64,000 nucleotides of DNA from Rhynchopus sp. YZ270_cl-10. Lineage: Eukaryota. The DNA is taken from the NCBI GenBank assembly GCA_964035575.1, contig OZ037845.1:868001-932000 (forward strand), read 5' to 3'. Below are positions 49,941 to 60,851 of this stretch, piece after piece (within the stretch, counting starts at the first letter, position 1; every line of letters starts with the position of its first letter). The notes beneath the pieces were generated by a model, which had not been told where the DNA came from, searched no databases, and saw only the letters and a list, made by a program, of their open reading frames with translations. The position numbers and the translations under genes were made by a program.

Positions 49941-50859
49941 TGTGAAGGAAAAGAAGAAAGATAAGTTTGGCCTGAGGGGTGCATAAAGGGTGCAGAGCTA
50001 CATACAAGCACCAGGTGCATACATTTGACGAAAGAGCTGTCAGTGTTCTCAGAACAAAGGGGAGGGATACATGAATTTTTTTCTGGGTTACTTGTATTGG
50101 GGGCACTTCTATCAACCCCCCAGTACGTTGAGTGGAAAACACAAACAAAAAGAGCAATTGTTGAATGACCTGACACAAAGAGCGTTGTGTGCTGCAGTCA
50201 TCTAGCACTCGAGAGAGAAATAAAGAGAGGCAAAGAGGGAGGGAGTGAAGCAGGGAGAAGAACAACAGGAGATGGGGGGACATAAGGGTTGTGTGGAAGG
50301 CGCACAGATATGAAGTTTTTGGTGCAAAAGATATTTCCCTTGAAATACAAAAGCCCTCTAGGGACAGTGTACCTAAAGATATTTACTATGAGCGTGGACA
50401 CCAAATAGACAATAGGTTAAACAACAACAAAATGTAGCTTTTGAGCTGCTAAAACCTGTGCGACAGAAAAGTATGTAAGATGATTCAAAGCCTCAAGAGT
50501 GCTAAGTCCTCTTACAACAGAGCCACAAATGGGGGACGTGGGAGGGGTCTAAAAATGCAAGATAAGAGCCTCATCAAAGACAGGGCGAATGAAATGAACC
50601 ACTCTCACCAAGGAAAGAGGCTTGAGTGGACACTACTTCGCTGATCGTCCAGATGCAAACGAAATACAAAAATAAAAATGAAAATTAACGTTGTCCTGTT
50701 GTTCTCTGTTCTGCTTCTTCGTATTACTTTTCGCATAATTTGCACCAAATATTTTCTGGTGTTTCTGCGTTGTTGTCTAAGTATTTAAGATGAACATCCG
50801 AAACCAAAAATATCATAACTTTACAACAAAGGTTTGGATGATTTTTTTACCACGCGAAG

Positions 50860-50977
50860 CTGGGTGATCTATGATCGTCTCCGTGAGACACGTAACAGGC
50901 TGTGAGAGCTTGTGAGAGTCTGTAAGAGCTGACTGAGAGCTAGTGAAAAAATGTCTCCCCGTTCATAGATCACCCAG
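50860..50977. mobile_element. 118-bp MITE with 15-bp perfect TIRs and 3-bp target duplication (AAG)
   Basis: CTGGGTGATCTATGA...TCATAGATCACCCAG flanked by AAG; absent from paralogous sites (~47680, ~49182) that read CACGCGAAGCGGTC. Confidence 0.92.
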
Positions 50978-51073
50978 AAGCGGTCAACAAAAAAGGGTTA
51001 AAAAATAAACAAAAATATTGAAGCAAAAATCGAAGGTTTTGTTTCACGACTGATGCCGTGCCTGAGAGAGATC

Positions 51074-51730
51074 TTAGGCAGAGCACGCAGCAGGCTTGTC
51101 GGTGCCGGTGTAGGCCTCGCAGATGGCCTTGATGAGGGCAGTGTGGTACTCTGTCTTGAAGGAGTCGCAGTCCCAGAACTTGCTGAAGAATTTGCCGTTG
51201 ACCTTGAGGACAGGGAGTCCCTTCATGCCGTAGTCCTCCTCCTCAGCCTTGTCGAACTTTGCGTCGTTGATGAGGAGCTGCTTACCAAGGTCACCCTCCC
51301 AGCATGCGTTGATCGCGTCCCAGCTCAGTCCCACCTGTGTTGCGCACTGCTGTTCACGCTCAAGCGACTTGCCCTCTGCAACACTGTACTGCTCAGGGCA
51401 TCCCACGTCCTTGCACGGTCCGTTGATGCACACTGTGTAGTTCAGCCACTGCAGCGTGTTGTTTCCTGCAATGTGCTGTGCGCATGCCTGAAGTGTGTTT
51501 GCCTTGCACTCCCGCTCACCGTGGAAGCACTTCACTTCGTCCTTGGAGCTTTCATAATGCCCATCCCAGCTCCTGTTCAGGTTTGCAATGGACCCAACCT
51601 GCGGCATGATGTTGTTGAGGTACTGCTCGTGGAAGGTTCCGGAGCAGGGGCAGTAGCTCTCGGTGAAGACCTGAACATCGACAAGTGGGGCAGCTGCGGC
51701 AACAGCCAGGGTCGCAACAATGGACATCAT
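51074..51730 (-). CDS. GILT/IFI30-like thiol reductase, copy 3
   Basis: Same protein as copy 2. Confidence 0.88.
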   Translation of the reverse strand: MMSIVATLAVAAAAPLVDVQVFTESYCPCSGTFHEQYLNNIMPQVGSIANLNRSWDGHYESSKDEVKCFHGERECKANTLQACAQHIAGNNTLQWLNYTVCINGPCKDVGCPEQYSVAEGKSLEREQQCATQVGLSWDAINACWEGDLGKQLLINDAKFDKAEEEDYGMKGLPVLKVNGKFFSKFWDCDSFKTEYHTALIKAICEAYTGTDKPAACSA

Positions 51731-53109
51731 TGTGAAGGAAAAGAAGAAAAATAAGTTTGGTCTGAGTGTTGGATGAAGGGTGAAGGGAGGAGTGGAGACA
51801 GTAACAATATTATCTGTATTTAATTTAGATGACACGTTGTTTTTTGCCTAACACCGCCTGTCGTACGTAACACTGAAACACCCTTCTAATTCCACCAGCG
51901 GGAACCTAATGTGGTTTATCAGGATTACCCGCGAGGGGCACACTGGCCTGGTCGACGGATATTTAGCCGATGAAAAATAAAAATAAAATAAAAGAAATGG
52001 GGCGCATGCGCTGAACTTAAAACCTCAAAACGCACGAAAGAGCATGGGGTCTCCAGACGGTACACGCCAGGAAACACACCATGAGGAATTATTTTTTTGT
52101 TTGGAATGAGACATGAATAGATGGATATGCGTTTATTCTGACACTCTGTTGGTTTACTTTAGCTGCCACAAGACAGCTCTTCATACCAACCTTAATGAAA
52201 AACACATCCATCTTTAGAGAGCAAAGGCTGCTGCGCAAGGCGACACTAATTTTTTTTTCGCTGCTGCAATGATGAATCCTTCAATGGAAGGAGAGAAAAC
52301 ACACATAAATAAAATGGAATAGAAGCCAATTTAATACGATAGCACCACACAAGAGAAGACTCTCGGGTACATACATTTCACGACCAATTTGGAAGAGAGA
52401 TAAACGACCTTTCCTCGGAACACGTTGAGTACAGAAAAGGCCCTCATAACACAAAATGGCAAAAGCCCCGGCTGTCGCTAAAGATACGGAACAGCCGAGA
52501 CGTAGGAATACAATAACATTAGACTAAAGAATTGTAACTCTGGATCAGACCAAGAAAACAAATACAAAAAAAAGTGGTAAAAAAGGATGAACATTCTGTA
52601 ACGTATCATCCAAAGAAAATAACACACATTTGCACACTTAGTTGGTAGAATTGTAGGAGCACTACCATGCTTTAAAAAGCATCAAGTTCAATTGAAATAT
52701 TACGAAAATATAACACAAAAGAGAAGCCTCAGGTTCAGTTACTTTGAAAGAAAGAGGCACACATAGTCATGAAAAGTTTCAGGGCTGGTCCAAAAATAAG
52801 CCAAGAAGTGATACTACACTACACTACACTATCCAGGCAGAGCCAAGGGAAACACAAGGACCAACAAAGTGAAAGGAATGCATTTCAACTGCATCACACT
52901 GACAAAAAATTTTCAGATATTTTAAAAAAAAAACTACAGAAGGGAATGTGTCCAACGATCTCATCTTTTTTTCGACAAAAATCACCCCCACAAAAAAACC
53001 CACCCTCTACCCTTCCCCTGAATACACATTGTAATTTTACAATCATGCATTTTCCATTTTGCGCAACGAAACCCCAAATGTCACCGGGTGGGAATGTTCA
53101 GGATTATTT

Positions 53110-53892
53110 TTACCTGGCACCGAACACACCTCTGCCTCCGTCGATGCGAACGGAGGACCCTGTGATAAAGCCGGCCTTCTCAGAGGAAAGGAAGGCAATG
53201 AGGTTGGCGACCTCGTCTGGGGTGGCAACTCTGTCGAGCGCTTTGCCGAGGGGGTGGGTCACGTCGATGGAGCGTTTGAGGAGGGCTTCGTACTGCTCTG
53301 CGTTGAGTCCTCCACGCTTCTGCAGCTCTGTCACGACCAGACCGGGGTTCACACCGTTCACACGAATCCCAAACTCTGCCAGGTCCAATGCAGCGCACTT
53401 CATCAGCATCTCTGTTGCCGCCTTGCTCATGCAGTAGCTTGTCACACCCCCAAACGACACCTCACCGTTCACACTGCTCACATTGACAATGCTTGGTTTG
53501 CTTCCAGAAGCAGCTGCCTCCTTAAGAACGGGAACGGAGTGTTGCATCATCTCAAAGACGCCTTTGGTGTTGGTGTTGAAGTTGTACATCAGGTTCTCGA
53601 CGTTGCAGCCAGGGGTGCCAAAGGCACCTCCCTTGAGGACACCAGCGCAGTTGACGAGAGTGTCGAATTTGGAGGTCTTCGCAGCCTCGCCGATGATGCG
53701 CTCACATTCGCCGTCGACAGAAAGATCTCCCACGACGGTGTCGCAGTTGAGCTCCTTCTTCAGCTCCGCAAGCTTGTCTGCGTTACGCCCGGTCGCAATA
53801 ACGGACGCACCTTCCTTCACGAAGAGACGTGCAGTTGCCTCACCAATTCCACTGGTAGCCCCTGTAATCAGTGCACGACGTCCGGCAAGCAT
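53110..53892 (-). CDS. short-chain dehydrogenase/reductase
   Basis: TGATSGIG, VNCAG, VNVSS, YCMSK and IRVNGVNPG motifs; start at MLAGRR. Confidence 0.95.
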   Translation of the reverse strand: MLAGRRALITGATSGIGEATARLFVKEGASVIATGRNADKLAELKKELNCDTVVGDLSVDGECERIIGEAAKTSKFDTLVNCAGVLKGGAFGTPGCNVENLMYNFNTNTKGVFEMMQHSVPVLKEAAASGSKPSIVNVSSVNGEVSFGGVTSYCMSKAATEMLMKCAALDLAEFGIRVNGVNPGLVVTELQKRGGLNAEQYEALLKRSIDVTHPLGKALDRVATPDEVANLIAFLSSEKAGFITGSSVRIDGGRGVFGAR

Positions 53893-54820
53893 TGTGAGGT
53901 TTGGAAACAAAGAACAACAACTTATGATGGTGTGTGGTACAGGGTAGAGTAGAGGAAGAAGAGGTGGGCCGCTGCGCCACTGTGGTTGAAGAAGAAGTTC
54001 ATCCATCAGCAACCCCAAAAACTGCATAATCAACCAAAACGGCGAACTGAAAATTATTTCATATACTTTCTATTCTACTGAATAGAAGGTATAACAGGGT
54101 GCACTAAATGCACCAGTAGTTAGCGAGGAGAGCGACGGTGCAGTGATGTGCTCGTTTGATGAGTTGAACGTCGAGGAATCAACGATGATGAATGGGAAAG
54201 AGGAGAAAAGGAAAACGAGACACTGATCAGAGACAAGTGGTATCGGAAGAAGTTCTTTGGATGCCGCTGCGCCAAAGGCAGAGGCGAAGAACTTATGATG
54301 AGAGAAAAAGAGAAGTAGGGATGGGAGAAAAGGTTGTTTCATTTGGTTGCAAGGGACCAGGAAGGGGGAAGGAAAGAGGGGTTTGTTTTGTAAAAAAAAT
54401 GAGCTAAAAAAAATAAAAGGAGCACCTTCTTTTTTATTTAGCTCTTGAAAAAGTTGCAAGATTTTTATAAATTGAATTTTTTTTCTTTGTTTGCGTTCGG
54501 TGCATTCTGCCATACCAAAGAAGAAGATGTTCTTTTGTATTGCAGATAGGGCAACCGAAACACGAAAAATGTGGCAGAGCTCACCAGACAATTAGAAGTT
54601 CTGGTCTGACCATTTATGTTATGTTTATTTGGTACAAAATATCCGTTCAGTTCAGGAGGATCCTTAGGGAAAATAAAGCAAACATCGAAAAGCTTAAACG
54701 CGTGGGTAGACCAATAGAATAGAGGCCAGGAATACCTCCACACAAGACAGAAGAAACCGCTTTTGTGTAGTGCCATGCTTACTTCAGAAGGAAGCACATT
54801 GTTTTTTTTTTGGGGGAGAA

Positions 54821-54968
54821 GGCAAGGACAGTCTGGTAACCCCAGGTTTGACTTTTGGACAGTTCGGTACAAAAAAAGTTTACGATAAAGACAGTTCAGA
54901 CCCACACCCCAGGTACCCAGGTAAGTGTTCAGGTACCAACCCGGGTGGGGTACCAGACTGTCCTTGGC
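54821..54968. mobile_element. MITE-like element with ~22-bp inverted termini
   Basis: CAAGGACAGTCTGGTA(A)CCCCA ... TGGGGTACCAGACTGTCCTTG. Confidence 0.6.
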
Positions 54969-55573
54969 CCCCCCTTTTTTTGAAAACTTGGTTGTATCAG
55001 TGTTACCCGAGGATGAGCTCCACTATGTTGCATCGACAATCTAAGCTATCCACCTGTGTGGGTAAGTTAGAGTCTGTACTCAGTGTTGGCCGAAGCCTTT
55101 GTACTACGGAAGAGACGTAGATTTTTGTGTCATTCGAGACGTTTGGTTAAAAAGAAAAGAGAAGTTGAAACGAATATTTTTCCGTGAAAAGAAGTTTTGT
55201 CTCTCTATACTCCGGATACGACCCATGGAGATAAAAAGAATATTTTTTTTTTAACAAAAGAGTTTATGAGATGAACCCTAAGCCTCTCAGTGCTTAGTCA
55301 CCCTTGAAAGAAGATTAGCAAATAGTTGGTAAGGGCCAAGATGAATATGCCATGCTACACACTAAGAAAAGAACAATTTTTCTCGCAGCTCTGGGTAAGG
55401 CAAAAAAAAAAACAACACTAATAACTGCGGAGAAAAAGGGAAAAAGCAAAACACTATGGCAAAAAAAATAAGTAAAATATGTCACAAAAAACTGCAAAGA
55501 TGAATGCGCCTCTCTGTGCACACACACCTCTGAATAAAACACAATGTTGGTGCTCCTGAAATAAAAAATACCA

Positions 55574-55670
55574 AGTACGCAACAAGTACGCAATATAGGG
55601 TATTCCTGTATTATTTTTTTTCGTGCACAAAGTGCGCAACAAGTACGCAGCAAGTACGCAACAAGTACGC
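55574..55670. repeat. AAGTACGCAAC 11-mer minisatellite
   Basis: About 6 copies in two blocks. Confidence 0.8.
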
Positions 55671-55808
55671 AAAATGGGGTTATCAGGAGTACCAAATGTA
55701 TAAAAGATTTTTTTACCCTTCTCTCTTCTATACACTGACTACCCTCTGCCACTCTGCCGCTATGTGATAGGTAGTTTTTTTGAAAAGCTTGGTTTGTATC
55801 AGCGTTAA

Positions 55809-55862
55809 GAGAGGTGGACCTATTCGCATAATAGGTCCACTATAATACTAGGTCCACCCCCC
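55809..55862. mobile_element. 54-bp inverted-repeat insertion flanked by TTAA
   Basis: TTAA-GAGAGGTGGACCTA...TAGGTCCACCCCCC-TTAA interrupts a motif that is uninterrupted at ~54982-55021. Confidence 0.6.
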
Positions 55863-56078
55863 TTAAGACGAGGATGGGCTCCGCAAAAGGGTTTTTGGTT
55901 CTGCTGTTAAAGAGGAAGAGAAGAAGATGGTAAACCTCTCGCTCTCGCTCTCTTGTAGTCACCTAAAAAAGAACCAAAGGATTCCACCCCATCCCTTTGC
56001 ATTCTGATGAATTTTTTTTAGCATCAAACTATCTTGATGTTTTTAAAAAAGTGTGTCAAAGAATGCCCAAAAACTCCA

Positions 56079-56972
56079 TCACAACCCAATCTGCAGCGAC
56101 ACGGATGGAACATAGTTCCGCACATCAATGCTCGCTGTGCAGGAGGCCTGCTTTAGCTTGAACGACGCAAGCACGCCGAACTCGGTTTTCCCTTTGGAGG
56201 TGGTGGGGTCGAAGGTTTGGCCTGCTCGGAGGAGGGCTCGGGTGGTTGTGGTGATGGGGATAGCACATGCAGCTCGGACCCATCCTGGCTGCCCCCTTCT
56301 TGCAGTGGACGCCTGCGCTGCAATGGTAGAATCCTTAAAGTCGACCACCGCCGACACCGCACCACCCGCACAACACGGATCTGCCATCAACGTCGTTGTC
56401 ACCGAATTGACGTTAAGTTTCCTCAACCCCGCTAGCTCCGCCTGCGTGGCTTGATAGCGCACCCCTGCATCTGCGAGAATCCCTCCAGGAAGGACACGCC
56501 AGCCGACTCTGAGAGATCCTGCATTATAGGTAGGATAGAAGTACGAGAGGGTCACATGCTGTACATTTGTGAGCAGCAGGCCGTGGGGGCCGAGCCCGCC
56601 GTTGCATCGTGCTGTTCCGGTTAGGGTGCCTACATTGAGGAGAACGTCGGAGCTGCTTGGCATATCGCCTGCAGACCAGGCAATGCGGGAGTGCCATCGT
56701 GAAGGGGACCCAAACTGCAGCCAGCCTGCGTATGATTCGCTTTGTCCTGGTGTGGTGGTCATTGTTTGAAATTGTACATCCCCTAAATCTGCGCGTATCC
56801 CAAACATCTTCTTCGCGCCATCCGAAGACACCCCAGTTGCAACCTCAATCGGCCGTCGCCATACCGACGACCCAACACTCACCACATTCATTCCTTCCCC
56901 TCCATTCGATGCTCCGACCAACTCTACAACACTTCCTTCATATTCTTCTAACGAAAGCGACTCGTTTCGCAT
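56079..56972 (-). CDS. hypothetical protein (297 aa), possibly beta-barrel
   Basis: Intact ORF, Gly/Ser/Val-rich with alternating hydrophobic stretches. Confidence 0.7.
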   Translation of the reverse strand: MRNESLSLEEYEGSVVELVGASNGGEGMNVVSVGSSVWRRPIEVATGVSSDGAKKMFGIRADLGDVQFQTMTTTPGQSESYAGWLQFGSPSRWHSRIAWSAGDMPSSSDVLLNVGTLTGTARCNGGLGPHGLLLTNVQHVTLSYFYPTYNAGSLRVGWRVLPGGILADAGVRYQATQAELAGLRKLNVNSVTTTLMADPCCAGGAVSAVVDFKDSTIAAQASTARRGQPGWVRAACAIPITTTTRALLRAGQTFDPTTSKGKTEFGVLASFKLKQASCTASIDVRNYVPSVSLQIGL

Positions 56973-57417
56973 ATTGTTAACTACTGTGTGAGATGAGATT
57001 GGTGAGAAGGGAGAAAGGGGGGGAAGAGGAGGTGAAAGTAGATGACAAAACAGACTTTTTTTATGTGCAGCATTTAGAGGTAAGGAAGGCCCCCGAAGAA
57101 AGGGAAGAAGGGGAGTGGGGTAATGGGGGGGGGGTTAGGGTGTTGGGGGAAAATGCTTGCACCTTTTTTTAACTTCTTGTTGAGAGAAGGTCGATTTTGC
57201 GAAAAAATATATTTGAGCAGAGAACGCCGTTTTTTGGATTATTTCTGATTTGTGCTGCAAAAATATCCGCGAAAAAAAAATATCAGAAAATATTTTCAGA
57301 ATCATGCAGAAAATATCTGAACCTCGTCAATAGGATCGGAACACACCCCACAACCCAAAATGAAGTATGAGGGAATTCATTTCTTCCACTGCAAAACCTC
57401 ACAAACCCTTACACCTT

Positions 57418-58641
57418 TTACACCTTGCTTCCGGTCGACACCTTCCTTGCCACCCCTGACTGTCCATTGAATGATATGACTGTTGTTGCGGCCATCAAGA
57501 GAAAGAGAATGAACATGGTGTGGTTGTCTGGGGTTGGTTTGCCGAAGATCCAATCAATACCGAAGGTTGCAATGGGTTCAAGGGACATGGCACCTGTCAC
57601 CACTACGGGGCTGCAGTACTTGAGTGCCATGACTAAGGAGGCTTGGAAGGCGAAGGTCAATGCGGCAACGAAGATTGTTGGTATCACGTAGTAGACATTG
57701 AAGAACGCAGAGAGCCAGTCTGTGACGGAGGTCTGCCCGAGGAGGAGGGTCGACCCGATGATGAACACAGACGACACCACATACACCATTGCCAGGAGCA
57801 GTGGCAGCGACACCAGGTTCTTCGCCTGTCTCGACCCTACATAGTACATCGCATTGCACACCGACGCCCCCACCCCCGCCAACACCCCCAACAACGCTGG
57901 CCGCACCACAACCAACATATACAACACTATCACGACCACCCCACAGGTCGCCTTCTTTCCAACATCTGTTACAAACTCCCCTGACATATATGCTACAGCC
58001 AGCGCCACCACACAAGAACAATTTGTTAAGACACTGGCCACTTCCCCTCCATTTAACTGTAAACAAATTTGGTTGAAGATTGATATGAGTCCGTGGGTGA
58101 TCCCGCAGAGAAGGGTAAGGGAGACGAGCGGGTCGATGGTGCGACCACGAAGTTTCATCTGTGCGTGGAGGGTGGAGAGGCGTGTCGTGTCATGCGTGAG
58201 TGCGTAGTAGCAGCACCCTGCTGCGATGAAGACATTACGCGATCCGACCTTGAGGAGTGCGGGCTCCTCGTATGCGTCCATCAGGGGGAACACCGCACCC
58301 CCAAACACTGCCCCGCAAAGCGACAGAAAATACCCCAAATACGGCCGCGTTGCGCTATCCGCAGCAAGCTTCCCCCACATTACCTGCGCCTTCGCAACCT
58401 CCCCCCACACCCCCGCCAGCGTCTCCTCCCGCACCCATGGGGTTGTGGCAGGAGAAGTAGGGTACTTCCCTGCCGAGGTGGTGACCTGAATCTTTGACGG
58501 AGTGTCCGGCTCCCATGTGGGCCTCTCCTTCGGCAGGAGAGGAGACCCCTTCGCAGGTGAAGGCAGTAGCGGTTCGTGATGGTGTGCCCTCTTTGTGGGA
58601 TGCGTCATAGGCGCTAGCGGGTTAGAGCTGTTAGGTAGCAT
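57418..58641 (-). CDS. EamA/DMT-family multipass transporter
   Basis: About 10 hydrophobic segments; SLEPIAT motif typical of DMT; start uncertain. Confidence 0.75.
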   Translation of the reverse strand: MLPNSSNPLAPMTHPTKRAHHHEPLLPSPAKGSPLLPKERPTWEPDTPSKIQVTTSAGKYPTSPATTPWVREETLAGVWGEVAKAQVMWGKLAADSATRPYLGYFLSLCGAVFGGAVFPLMDAYEEPALLKVGSRNVFIAAGCCYYALTHDTTRLSTLHAQMKLRGRTIDPLVSLTLLCGITHGLISIFNQICLQLNGGEVASVLTNCSCVVALAVAYMSGEFVTDVGKKATCGVVVIVLYMLVVVRPALLGVLAGVGASVCNAMYYVGSRQAKNLVSLPLLLAMVYVVSSVFIIGSTLLLGQTSVTDWLSAFFNVYYVIPTIFVAALTFAFQASLVMALKYCSPVVVTGAMSLEPIATFGIDWIFGKPTPDNHTMFILFLLMAATTVISFNGQSGVARKVSTGSKV

Positions 58642-59425
58642 AGTGCAAAGGGGAGGGATGGTGGGTACATCCTGAAGGGGTGGATGGGTGGATGGTAGGT
58701 GGGGGGAAAAATGGTAAAAAAAAAAAAAATGACTCAAATTTTGACTTGAAATACAAAAAAAAAGCCCTGTGACAATGTACCTAAAGTGGGTGTCCCCATT
58801 CATAGTCCTTGTATCCATTTCGTGGTTTACATTTGAGATTCTGAATTTTCGTTAAAAAAGAGTCCTCAGTAACTTTTCTCGAGTACAGCAAAACAAAAGA
58901 GAGGGGTTGAGGAATACTTTTTTTCTTTGGCATAGTGTAGATAGGAGACAGCGAGGCTGACTGTGGGGCAGGGGGTGGGGCTAGAAGGAAAAAAAAAAAA
59001 ACTACTTTTTGAAAATAGTGCCAAAAAAAATGCCCCTCAAAAGCGCGAAAATGGCATTTTTTTTTTGACACAATACTGTGACTTCATTTTCCTCATCGAT
59101 GATATAATGACCGCGTGATGCTTCGATTTCGATAGTTGATTTTTTTGGGGGGCAGGGTATTTTTTTTTATATTTTTGAAAATTTGGTTGCATTAGTGTAA
59201 CCACCCTAGAGTGTGCTCCACTAATACAACCAAGTTTTCTACTCCACTTATATTTTTTTGCATTTCGTTCAAGAAAGTGAACGATGAAAGTGCCTAACGC
59301 CTTTGCGGACGTGGACACCGGTTCTCCTGAAAAGAAAAGAGAGAGAAACGAGGCGGACATCTAGAGAAAAAAACATGGAAGTGTCATCATGGACATGAGA
59401 GCGGTTGGCATGCATGCATTGCCAT

Positions 59426-60685
59426 CTATTCCTCTGCCGCTTCTCTTGCGGCCTTCTTCGCCGCCTCCCACTTACCCTTCGACACTGCACGCTTCACCTT
59501 GCCAGTCTTCTCTGTCTTCCTCTTGTTTTGCCTGCGCGACATAATTCTGGTCATCACCAGCTCCTCCACGTTCAAAAGTTCCTGTGAGTATGTGGATAAG
59601 ATAGGGTGTGTAAAGTGTCTACTAATGGACACAAATATGACCATATAGAAATGTCTACACGTGGCCTCGTAAGGCATGATGGGCGTCATTTCATCCTGTT
59701 TGGACATCGTAGCCTATCAAGACATGCCGTGTCATTATGAGGCCACCGTGTAAAGAAAGATAAGGAGTGTTGGAGAGGTGCTATAGTAGCCAAAAGTAAT
59801 AATTAGCGTTGACGCAAATCGGCGAATGTTGGTCCCACATCCACTTCCCGGAACTGGAGGGTCGGAAACATACCTTCTGGTCAGTCTTGTTGAAACGCTC
59901 AAGCGCATAGTCAGACATCGCCTCGGTTTTGAACACCACGATTGCGTACTGACCCTTCTTCTTGGGGTTCTGGTACCTGGGGGTTTTTGTTTTATTATTT
60001 ATCGCGATTCAAAATACTAAACTAACATTTTGCCACTTGATTTGTCCTCACTAATCTACTACTGAGTCTTTTTTCGTTGACCGCAGCCATTTTAGGAAGC
60101 CATTTACCCTGGGTGGCGCACATGATAATTGATTGGGGGAGGGAAATGATTCAAAAGGAAAAAGCGTGAGGACAAATTTACCGTTGGCTAATCAAGTTCA
60201 GTTTCAACACTGCGTATAAGCAAAAATAATTTGACCCAGAAATATGGACCACTCTCTACAAAATTCCATCCGACTTATAGCAGACAACCACGATTCTGAG
60301 AATCCCAACTTCTTGAGAAATACCGCACATACTTTTCGATTGTGACCTTTGGGTCGTAATCTTCGAAGAGCGTACGGAGGTCGTTGCGGGTGGTGGTGTT
60401 GTCGATGTGCATATGGAGAGAGCGGCACTTCTCGTTGGCAGCGGTTGCAGCCTGCTGCTTCTGGAACTTTGTCTTCTTCTTGGGCTTGTTGGCCTCGTCG
60501 TCAGAGTCGAACTCAACGTCGTCATCAGCCCCACGCTTCCTCTTCCCACCCGACTTCCCCTTCACAAACTCCAGATCCGTTCCGTCTGCAGCCTTCTCCT
60601 TTTTGGAGCTGCGTGCTTTAGCCTTCTCCTCACCGGTTCCCCACACCATAGCCATGGCATCCTCCTTCTCTTGTTCCAGCCCCAT
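59426..60685 (-). CDS. basic RRM-containing protein; 3 exons
   Basis: RSLHMHI...DLRTLFEDY / KGQYAIVVFKTEA (RNP1-like); in-frame introns 59977-60332 and 59582-59873. Confidence 0.7.
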
Positions 60686-60851
60686 TGTTTGTTTTGTTGT
60701 GTATTTGTCTGATATTTATGACTTTCCACAAATGCCTTCTCAGGATACCCCGCCAATCCCAAGAATAGTATGTCAAGGTTGATTACGTTCATTCCCAAAA
60801 AAAAAAAAATGCTTTTTTTCTTTAGAATACATAGGGGGAAAGGGAGGGGGG

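Noticed and set aside
14571..60685. Non-canonical introns or stop-codon reassignment
   Set aside because: Every interrupted gene could be joined in frame with GT-AG introns; in-frame stops occur only in regions that also look degraded.
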